From NCBI GenBank assembly GCA_046290495.1, contig JBKAGT010000005.1, forward strand, positions 80,039 to 144,038: a stretch of 64,000 nucleotides of DNA, in the 5' to 3' direction. The stretch comes from Chlorobiota bacterium. GTDB taxonomy: Bacteria > Bacteroidota > Ignavibacteria > Kapaibacteriales > UBA2268. Made by a program: the position numbers and the translations under genes. This document shows positions 1 through 9,103 of the stretch, one piece after another (within the stretch, counting starts at the first letter, position 1; every line of letters begins with the position of its first letter). The notes under the pieces were generated by a model. It did no database searches and was not told the DNA's origin. It saw only the letters and a list, made by a program, of their open reading frames with translations.

Positions 1-544
1 TAACCCAATCTTCTTCAGGAATTAGCTCCATCAGTTCAAATTCTATTTTTACAGGATTCTTTGTATTGACAAAACCTAATCTGTTTGATAGTCTTGAAAC
101 ATGAGTATCTACGACTATACCTGGAGTGTCAAAGCAGTGTCCCAAAACCACGTTTGCTGTCTTTCTACCAACTCCATCTAGTTCTAGAAGCTCATCCATA
201 GTGCCAGGAACTTCACCATCATATAATTCGATTAATTTATTGGCCGCACTTTTAATGTTCTTTGCCTTGTTTCGATAAAAACCAGTCGAGTAAATATCTT
301 TTTCTAATTGCTCAATTGGCACAATTGCATAATCTGATGCAATTCTATACTTCTTAAATAAGTCTTTAGTAACTATGTTAACCCTAGCATCTGTACACTG
401 TGCACTAAGTATAGTAGCTACTAATAATTCCAATGAGTTACTATATTCTAATGCAATTCTAGCATCAGTGTGAGTATTTTTTAGGATACTAAGTATAGTA
501 TCCATTCTATCAAGTTGCTTTTTTTTAGTTTTACTAAATTTCAT
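1..544 (-). CDS. nth: Endonuclease III (HhH DNA glycosylase/AP lyase), 3' end runs off the window
   Basis: Not in the ORF track. Manual translation from ATG at 544 gives MKFSKTKKKQLDRMD...LELLVATILSAQCTDARVNIVT...TGFYRNKAKNI...LDGVGRKTANVVLG...VVDTHVSRLSNRLG, the classic Nth motifs. Confidence 0.95.
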   Translation of the reverse strand, partial: MKFSKTKKKQLDRMDTILSILKNTHTDARIALEYSNSLELLVATILSAQCTDARVNIVTKDLFKKYRIASDYAIVPIEQLEKDIYSTGFYRNKAKNIKSAANKLIELYDGEVPGTMDELLELDGVGRKTANVVLGHCFDTPGIVVDTHVSRLSNRLGFVNTKNPVKIEFELMELIPEEDWV

Positions 545-546
545 AT

Positions 547-1167
547 TTATTGATTAGAACAAATAGAATCATCCAGAGTTCTATTATATACGTATGTTTT
601 CAAATTTGTTTTTACAATTGCCTTATCGTTATCTACAAACTTATCAAACAAATCACTATCTTCACTATATTGTATAGAATTATCAAAATGGGCTAATGAC
701 TCTGAAGTACTTATATTTATAAAAAAAGTACCACCAATTACACAATCTGATAAATCTATATCTTTTGTAGTGTCATTTTTGTCAGGTACCATTTGCTTAC
801 CTATTATTTCAACACCACCATGCAATAAGTCAATATTATTTTCATTTAGAATATTATATCTAGATTGTAAGTGATTCACTTTGTACCAATCATCCGAATC
901 TAGAAAAGTTAGATAATCACCATTAGCAAATTCAATTCCTTTATTCCTAGCGCTAGCTACGCCTTTGTTATTCGGTAATTCTATTATTTTAATTCTCTTG
1001 TCTGAATTATATTCTTTTATAACATTCAAAGTCCCATCATTACTACCGTCATCAACTATTATCGCTTCCCAATCATCAAACGATTGTGCTAGTAAAGAAT
1101 CTATAGCTTTACCTATGTAGTCTTTTCTATTGTACACTGCAATAATGACCGAAAAAAAAGGTTTCAT
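547..1167 (-). CDS. Glycosyltransferase family 2 (GT-A fold)
   Basis: SVIIAVYN, IIVDDGSND, NKGVASARNKG and FLDSDD motifs. Confidence 0.9.
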   Translation of the reverse strand: MKPFFSVIIAVYNRKDYIGKAIDSLLAQSFDDWEAIIVDDGSNDGTLNVIKEYNSDKRIKIIELPNNKGVASARNKGIEFANGDYLTFLDSDDWYKVNHLQSRYNILNENNIDLLHGGVEIIGKQMVPDKNDTTKDIDLSDCVIGGTFFINISTSESLAHFDNSIQYSEDSDLFDKFVDNDKAIVKTNLKTYVYNRTLDDSICSNQ

Positions 1168-1188
1168 TAATAATCCTTATAACTTTAG

Positions 1189-1219
1189 TAAATTTGTACT
1201 TTGTTAATCAACAAATATA
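1189..1219. promoter_or_regulatory. Divergent pair of Bacteroidota-type -7 promoter elements (TAnnTTTG)
   Basis: TAAATTTG on + at 1189-1196 upstream of rsmG, and TATATTTG on - at 1212-1219 upstream of the GT2 gene. Confidence 0.45.
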
Positions 1220-1225
1220 ATCATT

Positions 1226-1891
1226 ATGGACTTAATACAGTTTTGGACTATACTTTCAGCTAATGGAATAGTATTGGACGAAAAACAAAGAGAAAGAATA
1301 GAAAGGTATACAAAAGAATTATTGCATTGGAATAGCAGAATCAACTTAATATCAAGAAAAGATGAAGATATGATACTTGAATCTCATATTCTTCATTCTT
1401 TATCTGTTTTAAAATTCGTTGATTTGAATAAAAAATATGAGTGTATGGATATAGGAACTGGAGGTGGTTTACCTGGAATACCTATAGCAATTGCAGCACC
1501 CAAAATTAATATGCTTTTAGTAGATTCAATCAAAAAGAAAGTCAAAACTACTAAAATGCTTGCTCAACATACTGGTCTAAAAACAATAAAGACAAGAGCA
1601 GATAGGGTAGAAGTAATAGCTTCAGAAAAAGAACATCAGAAGAAATATGATTTTATCTTCGCACGAGGTGTAGCCAGACTAAATAAAATTCAAGGCTGGG
1701 TTTCTCCATTAATAAAACCAACTGGAAAGATAGTACTATTAAAAGGTGGTGATCTAGATGATGAAATCAAAGAAGCTACGAATAATAATAAATCATTGAG
1801 AGTTGAAAAACATGATTTGGAGTTGATAGCATATCCTGATTTTGCCATAGAAGGTAAAAAAATTCTAATATGCACATTTGACAACAAATAG
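1226..1891 (+). CDS. rsmG: 16S rRNA m7G527 methyltransferase RsmG (GidB)
   Basis: WNSRINLIS, HILHSL, DIGTGGGLPGIP, LVDSIKKK and LLKG motifs. Confidence 0.95.
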   Translation: MDLIQFWTILSANGIVLDEKQRERIERYTKELLHWNSRINLISRKDEDMILESHILHSLSVLKFVDLNKKYECMDIGTGGGLPGIPIAIAAPKINMLLVDSIKKKVKTTKMLAQHTGLKTIKTRADRVEVIASEKEHQKKYDFIFARGVARLNKIQGWVSPLIKPTGKIVLLKGGDLDDEIKEATNNNKSLRVEKHDLELIAYPDFAIEGKKILICTFDNK

Positions 1892-1914
1892 AGCTTCCCA
1901 CCGTATTGACAAAT

Positions 1915-2568
1915 ATGAGAAAGCTAATTCTATTATTAATATTTTCATTTTTACCTTTAAACTTGCTGTCATCTGAGGCGGTAAAAATAGGTAGAGTCAA
2001 ATACTCTGGAGGAGGGGACTGGTATAACGACCCTTCTGCTGAAGTAAATCTGCTTTCGTTCTTAAAAAGCAATACAACTACGAACACAAAACCAGTTTAC
2101 GAATATGTGGATTTAAAGTCAGATGATTTATTTGACTATCCAATTTTATTTTTGACAGGTCATGGAAATATTAATTTTTCTGAAGATGAAGCTGAAAATC
2201 TAAGAGTATATCTAGAAAATGGGGGATTTTTATATATTGATGATGACTATGGTTTAGATTCATACATCAGAAATGAAATGAGAAAAGTCTTTCCAAGCAA
2301 AGAATTCATGGAAATACCATTTTCTCATTCTATTTTTAATATCCAATATGACTTTTCTAATGGTCCTCCAAAAATTCACGAACATGATGACAAACCACCG
2401 AAGTCATTTGGAATGTTCATTGATAATAGAATGTCAGTCTTTTATACCTTGGAATCAAATCCAAGTGATGGTTGGGCTGACCCAAATGTCCATAATGACA
2501 GTGAAGAAATAAGACAACAATCATTAAAGTTTGGTGCAAATATAATTATATGGGCTTTGCTTAATTGA
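1915..2568 (+). CDS. DUF4159 domain protein, with signal peptide
   Basis: KYSGGGDWYND, YPILFLTGHG, LRVYLENGGFLYIDDDYG, PPKIHEHD and DGWAD are typical of DUF4159. ATG at 1915 preferred over TTG at 1906. Confidence 0.8.
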   Translation: MRKLILLLIFSFLPLNLLSSEAVKIGRVKYSGGGDWYNDPSAEVNLLSFLKSNTTTNTKPVYEYVDLKSDDLFDYPILFLTGHGNINFSEDEAENLRVYLENGGFLYIDDDYGLDSYIRNEMRKVFPSKEFMEIPFSHSIFNIQYDFSNGPPKIHEHDDKPPKSFGMFIDNRMSVFYTLESNPSDGWADPNVHNDSEEIRQQSLKFGANIIIWALLN

Positions 2569-5500
2569 TGGAAAACACTCAACTAAAATATAATAGTCTA
2601 GTACAAAGGTTACAGAAAGTAATTAGTAAACAAAAGCTGTATGATAACATATATTTTATTTTTGCAGTTTTAGCTGTTTTTCTAACTTCCTTTTCATTGG
2701 TATCTCTTATAGAATATTTTATTCATTCTGGTGAGAATACTAGAAAGGTATTATTCTATACTCCATTTCTAATTTCTATTATTTCGGCTGTTTTTTTCTA
2801 CATCAAAACCAATAAAACTAAGTCAACTGAAAGTAATAAGGTAATTGAAATATCAAAAAAAGTTGGTGATTATTTTCCCCAGATAAAAGATAAGCTCACG
2901 AATGCGATCCAAATTTTTTCACAGATTTCTATTAGTAAAGGTATTTCTAATGATTTGGCACAGCACCAATTAAGTATTATCTCTGATAAAACAAGTGAAT
3001 ATAATTTTGAAGAGGTTATTGAAACAAAAAGATATAAAAAGATATTTTTAATATTGTTTATTGTTTCTATCTCATCTTTAGCAACATTTATTTTACCCAA
3101 CATAGCTTTAAACAATGCATTTGATAGAGTTGTAAACTATAATCAATCCTTCATTCCATCTCCGAATTTTGAAATATTTATCGAAAAAGATAAATATCAA
3201 GTTATGCGTGGTGAAGATTTTTCAATAAAAATCAAGTCAAAAGGTGCTTCGCCTGAGTCTATTGCATTGCTTATAAAAGAAGAAAATCAAGAGACTTTTG
3301 AAAATGTTGAAATTAAAAAATCTCAGAACGGAGAGTATTTATATAAAATTAATTCTATTAAAAATTCATTAGTATTTTACGGATTAACACCCTGGTACAA
3401 TTCTGAAGTCCAAACTGAAATTGCAACTGTAATTGTTTCTGAGAGACCAAATCTTAAAAAACTGACAGGACTCTTAGACTACCCTAACTATACAGGAGAA
3501 AAGACAAAATCCTTTGAAATCAATACAGCCGATTTGGTCGCATTAAACGGAAGTATCGCAAGTTTCAATCTTGAAGCAAATAAGAATTTAAAATCTGCTG
3601 AATTGGTATTTGTCACTCAAAAACAGGACACTGTCGAAACTACTCAACTTATTTATGATACACTTTCATTCAATGTAGATGCAAATATTGCTAAAGGAAG
3701 AATGAGATTAACCAAATCTGGTTACTACTATTTTAGCTTGATTGATTCAAATGATATCAGAAATATAAATCCAATAAAGTATAGTGTAATTGTTACCAAT
3801 GATAACAATCCAAAAATAGACTTACTTTACCCTAAAGACAATGTAAAGTTAACTGAAAACGCTTTGGTACAAATTGATGCTGAAATTTCAGATGATTATG
3901 GATTTACTAAGTTGAACCTTAATTATAAATTATTAAAATCTAGATATACCGATCCAGATTTAGACTATAAAACTCAAGAAATACTAATTAATAAAAACAA
4001 GAAAGAGCAGATTGCTACATACATTTTTGATATGAATGAAATTAGTATAACTCCTGAGGATGAATACGAGTTTTACTTGGAAGTCTTTGACAATGATATA
4101 GTGAATGGTCCAAAGTCAGCTAAAACTAGAACAATCAAATTAAAATTACCATCACTAGATGAAGTGATTGAATCATCAGAAAAAGCACAAGAAGAAATTG
4201 AGAAGGATCTTGCTGAAGTAATAAAAGAAACTACAGAGCTACAGAAAGAGATAGAAGAATTCAAGCAAGACCTTAGAAAAGATGCTAAAAAGCAAGAGAT
4301 GAATTATGAGCAAAAGAAGCAAGCTAAGGATATAGCTAAGAAACAGAAAGATATATCAGAAAGTATTGATAAGCTTCAGAAGAAGATAAGTAAAACTGCA
4401 CAAGAAATGAATGAGAATAAAGTACTTTCTCCTGAAACACTTGAAAAGTTTATGAAATTGCAAGACTTACTTAATCAAGTTGATATACCTCAACTAAAAC
4501 AGATGCAAGAAAAAATGAATAAGGAGTTGGAAAAAATGACTCCTGATGAAATGCAAAAAGCTCTTGAGAATATGAAATTCGATGAAGAGCAGTTCAAGAA
4601 AAGTATAGAACGCTCAATGAAAATATTAGAGCGTATGAAGGCTGAGCAAAAAACGGATGCCATAAAGAAAATGGGTGAGAAGCTAGAAAAAGATTTACAA
4701 AACTTAGAGAAAGAGACAAGCAAGTCAAAAAATGAAGAAACAAACAAACAGTTAGAAAAGAAACAGAAGAAGCTTCTTGATGACTTTAAGAAGTTAGATG
4801 AGCAAATGAGTGATTTGGAAAAAATGCTTTCCAAACAAGAAGATATGCCCAAAGATAAACTCAATGAGGCCAAAGACGCTCTGAACAAAGAGAACACACA
4901 GCAGCAAATGCAGCAATCACAGCAGAACTTATCGCAGAATAAGAACAGTGAAGCTCAGAAAAATCAGCAAAATGCTAAGCAAAATATGAGTAAGTTCAAT
5001 CAGAAGATGTCTGAGTTAAAGCAAGAAATGGAGAATAAAGTATCCAGAGAAACTCTGAATGCGATGAAAAAATCTGTTCAAGACATGCTAAACTTATCTA
5101 AAAAACAGGAACAACTAAAAAATCAAACAAACGCATCAAATTACAATTCGAATCAGTTACCTGAGATAAATAATGAACAAGGTAATTTGAAAGAATCCTT
5201 AGAAAGAGTTGCAAAAAATCTGACTGAGCTATCTGAGAAATCCTTTGCTGTTACACCGCAAATGGGTCAACAAATTGGTAAAGCAATGGCACAGATGCAA
5301 AATGCTATGAATCAGTTGGCAGAGAGAAACACAAGGCAAGCAGGAAAATCTCAACAAGAGTCTATGGCAAGAATGAACAATGCTATAGGTCAAATGCAAG
5401 AGTCAATAGGTCAGATGCAAGGACAAGGAAAAGGAAAGGGCAAAGGTAAGGGCCAAGGAAAGGGTTCAGGTGGATCTTCGCCAGGTATGAGCAATAGTCC

Positions 5501-6089
5501 AGGTGGTTCTGGATTTATGCAGCAACTACAACAGGCAGCTGCTCAACAGCAAATGATTAATAATTCCCTTAAGAAAATGATGCAAAAAGGTCAGAACGGT
5601 AAGGAAGGTTCAGAAGGACAAGGTGATGGTAAGTCTCAACTTCAGAAACAAGCTGAATATGGCAGACTAAAAGGAGAGCAAGGAAATGCTAAGAAAACTT
5701 TGGAAGACCTTGCTGAAGAACAAAAAGAATATTCAAAACAAAGTGGTAAAAAGACCCCAGACTTAAAAGAGATAGCAAAAGAAATGCAAGAAGTTATGTC
5801 TGATATAGAATCTGGAAATATTACTCCAGAGACTTTAGAAAGACAAGAAAAGATTCTTTCCAGATTGCTAGATGCGACTAGAGCAACAAATGAAAGAGAC
5901 TACGAGAAGAAAAGAGAAGCTAAATCAGGTACTCAGTATTCTCTTGACAGCCCAGAAGCACTGGAGTTTGAGGAATATCTGAAAACACTTTCAGAAGAAG
6001 AACTACGAAACTCACTGAAGCTAGATTACTCAAAAGATATTAAAGATCTAATTAGAAGCTATTTTGACAAGTTGAATAAGAGTAACTAA
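2565..6089 (+). CDS. DUF4175-like membrane-anchored protein (3 TM, Ig-like region, long Q/E/K-rich coiled coil)
   Basis: N-terminal TM helices, YPNYTG, DDYGFTKL, YLEVFDND and RQEKILSRLLDA motifs, long coiled coil, G/K-rich linker. Overlaps the DUF4159 stop. Confidence 0.7.
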   Translation: MMENTQLKYNSLVQRLQKVISKQKLYDNIYFIFAVLAVFLTSFSLVSLIEYFIHSGENTRKVLFYTPFLISIISAVFFYIKTNKTKSTESNKVIEISKKVGDYFPQIKDKLTNAIQIFSQISISKGISNDLAQHQLSIISDKTSEYNFEEVIETKRYKKIFLILFIVSISSLATFILPNIALNNAFDRVVNYNQSFIPSPNFEIFIEKDKYQVMRGEDFSIKIKSKGASPESIALLIKEENQETFENVEIKKSQNGEYLYKINSIKNSLVFYGLTPWYNSEVQTEIATVIVSERPNLKKLTGLLDYPNYTGEKTKSFEINTADLVALNGSIASFNLEANKNLKSAELVFVTQKQDTVETTQLIYDTLSFNVDANIAKGRMRLTKSGYYYFSLIDSNDIRNINPIKYSVIVTNDNNPKIDLLYPKDNVKLTENALVQIDAEISDDYGFTKLNLNYKLLKSRYTDPDLDYKTQEILINKNKKEQIATYIFDMNEISITPEDEYEFYLEVFDNDIVNGPKSAKTRTIKLKLPSLDEVIESSEKAQEEIEKDLAEVIKETTELQKEIEEFKQDLRKDAKKQEMNYEQKKQAKDIAKKQKDISESIDKLQKKISKTAQEMNENKVLSPETLEKFMKLQDLLNQVDIPQLKQMQEKMNKELEKMTPDEMQKALENMKFDEEQFKKSIERSMKILERMKAEQKTDAIKKMGEKLEKDLQNLEKETSKSKNEETNKQLEKKQKKLLDDFKKLDEQMSDLEKMLSKQEDMPKDKLNEAKDALNKENTQQQMQQSQQNLSQNKNSEAQKNQQNAKQNMSKFNQKMSELKQEMENKVSRETLNAMKKSVQDMLNLSKKQEQLKNQTNASNYNSNQLPEINNEQGNLKESLERVAKNLTELSEKSFAVTPQMGQQIGKAMAQMQNAMNQLAERNTRQAGKSQQESMARMNNAIGQMQESIGQMQGQGKGKGKGKGQGKGSGGSSPGMSNSPGGSGFMQQLQQAAAQQQMINNSLKKMMQKGQNGKEGSEGQGDGKSQLQKQAEYGRLKGEQGNAKKTLEDLAEEQKEYSKQSGKKTPDLKEIAKEMQEVMSDIESGNITPETLERQEKILSRLLDATRATNERDYEKKREAKSGTQYSLDSPEALEFEEYLKTLSEEELRNSLKLDYSKDIKDLIRSYFDKLNKSN

Positions 6090-6977
6090 TTGAAAAAATA
6101 TCTATTTATATTAAGTATACTAATTTTACCTTTGTTTTTATCCTGTCAAGATAGGGAAAAGATAGTAGATAAAGAAAGTATATATGCTAACGATGTTAGA
6201 CTATTTCAAAAAACAGATGCTTGGGAACTAGCAAAAGCTGTCGTAGATGAGAATATTGGACTAATAGAAAGAATATTAGAACAAGACACTATTGATATAA
6301 ATTTTCAAGAACAAAAGTATGGACAGACATTACTGATGTTCTCAATAGAACTAGATAAATTCTCCTCATTTTTGAAACTTATTGAATTCAATGCAGATGT
6401 AAACATTCATAACACATATGATAGCTCTAGTGCAATTCACTTGTCATGTAAATATAATCCAATTTATGAAGATAATACAAAATATTTAAAAATATTGATT
6501 GATAGAGGAGCAAATGTAAATGATCAATCTAACGCTAAACAATATAATACTCCTTTAATCATTGCTAGTAGGATTATGAATAAACATCATAAAAGTATCC
6601 CTTTAGTGAAATTATTGGTGCAGTATGGAGCTGATGTTAACTATATTAATTCGTACAATTATTCTGCTTTAAAGGCATCCTTGGTTAGTAATAACTTTGA
6701 TGTTAGTTTGTATTTAATAGAAAATGGTGCTGATTATAATATTCCATTGTATAAACAAGATAGACTTAGAGATAGTTCTAGATATATTATGGATATTCTT
6801 GCAAATAAATTCCTTTATCTAGAATGGAATAGCTACAAAAATAAAATGAAGCTTGTTAAATTTTTGGAAAAAAAAGGGTTGAAATATGTTAGAAATCAGA
6901 ATTTTCCCGATTATCTAGAGGATACATTCAAAAAAAAATACCCTGATTCTTGGAAAGAATACTTAGAAGTCTATTAA
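6090..6977 (+). CDS. Ankyrin-repeat lipoprotein
   Basis: Lipobox FLSC; repeats YGQTLLMFS, LIDRGANVN, NTPLIIAS, LLVQYGADVN and LIENGADYN. TTG start abuts the previous stop. Confidence 0.85.
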   Translation: MKKYLFILSILILPLFLSCQDREKIVDKESIYANDVRLFQKTDAWELAKAVVDENIGLIERILEQDTIDINFQEQKYGQTLLMFSIELDKFSSFLKLIEFNADVNIHNTYDSSSAIHLSCKYNPIYEDNTKYLKILIDRGANVNDQSNAKQYNTPLIIASRIMNKHHKSIPLVKLLVQYGADVNYINSYNYSALKASLVSNNFDVSLYLIENGADYNIPLYKQDRLRDSSRYIMDILANKFLYLEWNSYKNKMKLVKFLEKKGLKYVRNQNFPDYLEDTFKKKYPDSWKEYLEVY

Positions 6978-7066
6978 TAAAACAAATTAAAAAAAAAGGT
7001 TATCTGACATAAACCAATAATTATATTAAATAACACTACTATAACAAACTGTTTAATAAAATTAAA

Positions 7067-7642
7067 TCAGTAAACTCCATTCTCAATAATATATTCTTTC
7101 ACATCATTATTTAGAAATTCACTATGCTTTTCAATATCTTCCCTGATTTCGGAAGCTGATATTTCAACATAGGGCATTTCCATATAAACAGCTTTTTTAT
7201 AGACTTCGAAATCATAAGTAGGAATCTTATACCCTTTTCTCAAAGCAACAAATATATCAACAGTATCAAGTATTTCTTTCCAATCCTTCCATTTATGGAA
7301 GTTCTCAGCTTGGTCACCTCCAATAACAAGGCATAGTTGTTTATTAGGATATAGCTTATTAAAATGTCTAACAGTGTCTATAGTATAAGACACCTCTTCA
7401 TTATCAACTTCATAAGTATTAATTTCAAACTTACTATTACCTTGTGTAGCTAACTTTAGCATATTTACTCTATGCTCGGCAGTTGCTGTTGATTCATCAA
7501 CTTTAAAAGGGGATACATAGCAAGGAACAAAAACTACTTTTTCAGCAATATATGTTTCCAAGAAGTGTTTGGCTAACTTAATGTGTGCTTTATGAACTGG
7601 GTTAAAACTACCACCCAGAATACCTATTTTATTTTCTGTCAT
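7067..7642 (-). CDS. nadD: Nicotinate-nucleotide adenylyltransferase
   Basis: GILGGSFNPVHKAH, SPFK, HRVNML, SYTIDT, IGGDQ...WKDW and ISASEIR. Confidence 0.95.
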   Translation of the reverse strand: MTENKIGILGGSFNPVHKAHIKLAKHFLETYIAEKVVFVPCYVSPFKVDESTATAEHRVNMLKLATQGNSKFEINTYEVDNEEVSYTIDTVRHFNKLYPNKQLCLVIGGDQAENFHKWKDWKEILDTVDIFVALRKGYKIPTYDFEVYKKAVYMEMPYVEISASEIREDIEKHSEFLNNDVKEYIIENGVY

Positions 7643-7645
7643 ATT

Positions 7646-7681
7646 AAAAAAATAGAGTTAGCAAAACATTACTAACTCTAT
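7646..7681 (-). terminator. Rho-independent terminator after nuoF
   Basis: Minus strand reads ATAGAGTTAGT-AATGTTTT-GCTAACTCTAT followed by a T run. Confidence 0.75.
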
Positions 7682-7711
7682 CAATATCATTTTATTTCAA
7701 ATTTTATTATT

Positions 7712-9037
7712 TTAACTTTCGTAAATAAGCGTATCAGCTGTAGCTCTCTTTGCATGAGCAATATTTGGAGCTTGGAATACTCTTTTGGCTTTTACTTTTG
7801 CTTCGAACTCACTTCTGAATTTGTTTACAAATCCACGAACAGCCCAAGCAGCAGCATCACCCAACGCACAGATTGTATTACCTTCAATGTTATTACATAC
7901 AGATACTAGTAAATCTAAATCTTTAGAAGTAGCATCACCTGCAACTAATCGTTTAAGAGTTTTTTCCATCCATCCACAACCTTCACGGCAAGGAGTACAT
8001 TGACCACAAGATTCATGATGATAGAAGTGTGCTATTCTCAAAGTAACTTCAACTAGATCTGTGTCTTCATCCATTACCATTACACCTGCTGTTCCGATGT
8101 GAGTCCCAATTTTCTTTAAAGACTCCTCATCCATATTGGTGTCTAACTCATCAGCAGACATAACTGGCATTGATGAGCCACCAGGAATAACAGCTTTTAT
8201 TTTCTTGTCGTTTATTATGCCGCCACATACATCGTAAATCAAACTTCTAAGTGAAATACCTGTCTCTAGCTCATATACACCTGGCTTATTAACATGACCA
8301 CTAACACCATAAAGTAGAGTGCCAGGATGTCCTTCAGCACCAAGTTTTGCATAGTTTTCAGGACCAATTTCAAAAATCTTAGGTACTGTAGCAATAGTTT
8401 CTACATTGTTAACAGTAGTTGGCATACCCCAAAGTCCTACTTGTGCGGGGAATGGTGGCTTGTAACGAGGATAACCTCGTCCACCTTCTAGTGAATTCAT
8501 CAATGATGTCTCTTCACCACAGATGTATGCACCAGCACCGCTATGAACATAAACATCCATTTGGAAATCAGTTCCAAATTTCTCCTTCATTTTTTCACCG
8601 AAATAACCAGCTTCATAAGCTTGATCAACTGCATTTTGCATTAGTCTTTGCCATAAGTAGTATTCACCACGAATATAAATGTAAGCTGCTTTTAGGTTCA
8701 TTGCTTTACCGGCAATTAGAATTCCTTCCAAAAGCAAGTGTGGGTTATACTCAAAAATTCTTCTATCCTTGAAAGAGCCTGGTTCAGCTTCGTCGCCATT
8801 CACAGCTAAGTAATTGGGTTTATCAACACCATCTGGCATAAATGACCACTTCAAACCTGTAGGGAAACAAGCACCACCACGTCCACGTAAGTTAGACTTT
8901 TTTACAATATCGATAATCTCATTCTTATCCATTTTCAGAGCTTTTCTGGCTTGTTCGTATCCGCCATTTTTCTCAAAAACATCTATTTCATGAAGATTTT
9001 CAATTCCTGGTAATAATAATTTCGGGTTTTTTTCCAT
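7712..9037 (-). CDS. nuoF: NADH-quinone oxidoreductase subunit F (FMN / N3 cluster)
   Basis: LRGRGGACFPTGLKW, NGDEAEPGSFKDR, GAGAYICGEETSL, ESCGQCTPCREG and NTICALG. Confidence 0.95.
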   Translation of the reverse strand: MEKNPKLLLPGIENLHEIDVFEKNGGYEQARKALKMDKNEIIDIVKKSNLRGRGGACFPTGLKWSFMPDGVDKPNYLAVNGDEAEPGSFKDRRIFEYNPHLLLEGILIAGKAMNLKAAYIYIRGEYYLWQRLMQNAVDQAYEAGYFGEKMKEKFGTDFQMDVYVHSGAGAYICGEETSLMNSLEGGRGYPRYKPPFPAQVGLWGMPTTVNNVETIATVPKIFEIGPENYAKLGAEGHPGTLLYGVSGHVNKPGVYELETGISLRSLIYDVCGGIINDKKIKAVIPGGSSMPVMSADELDTNMDEESLKKIGTHIGTAGVMVMDEDTDLVEVTLRIAHFYHHESCGQCTPCREGCGWMEKTLKRLVAGDATSKDLDLLVSVCNNIEGNTICALGDAAAWAVRGFVNKFRSEFEAKVKAKRVFQAPNIAHAKRATADTLIYES

Positions 9038-9103
9038 CGTTTTTATCGATTTATGTTATAATTCAGTTATCAATATAATACATATTAATTTAAAGTCTAA
9101 ATA

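Noticed and set aside
5421-5466. GGA/AAA-type tandem repeat in the DUF4175-like gene
   Set aside because: It encodes a GK/GQ low-complexity linker with varied synonymous codons, so it is not a DNA-level contingency repeat.
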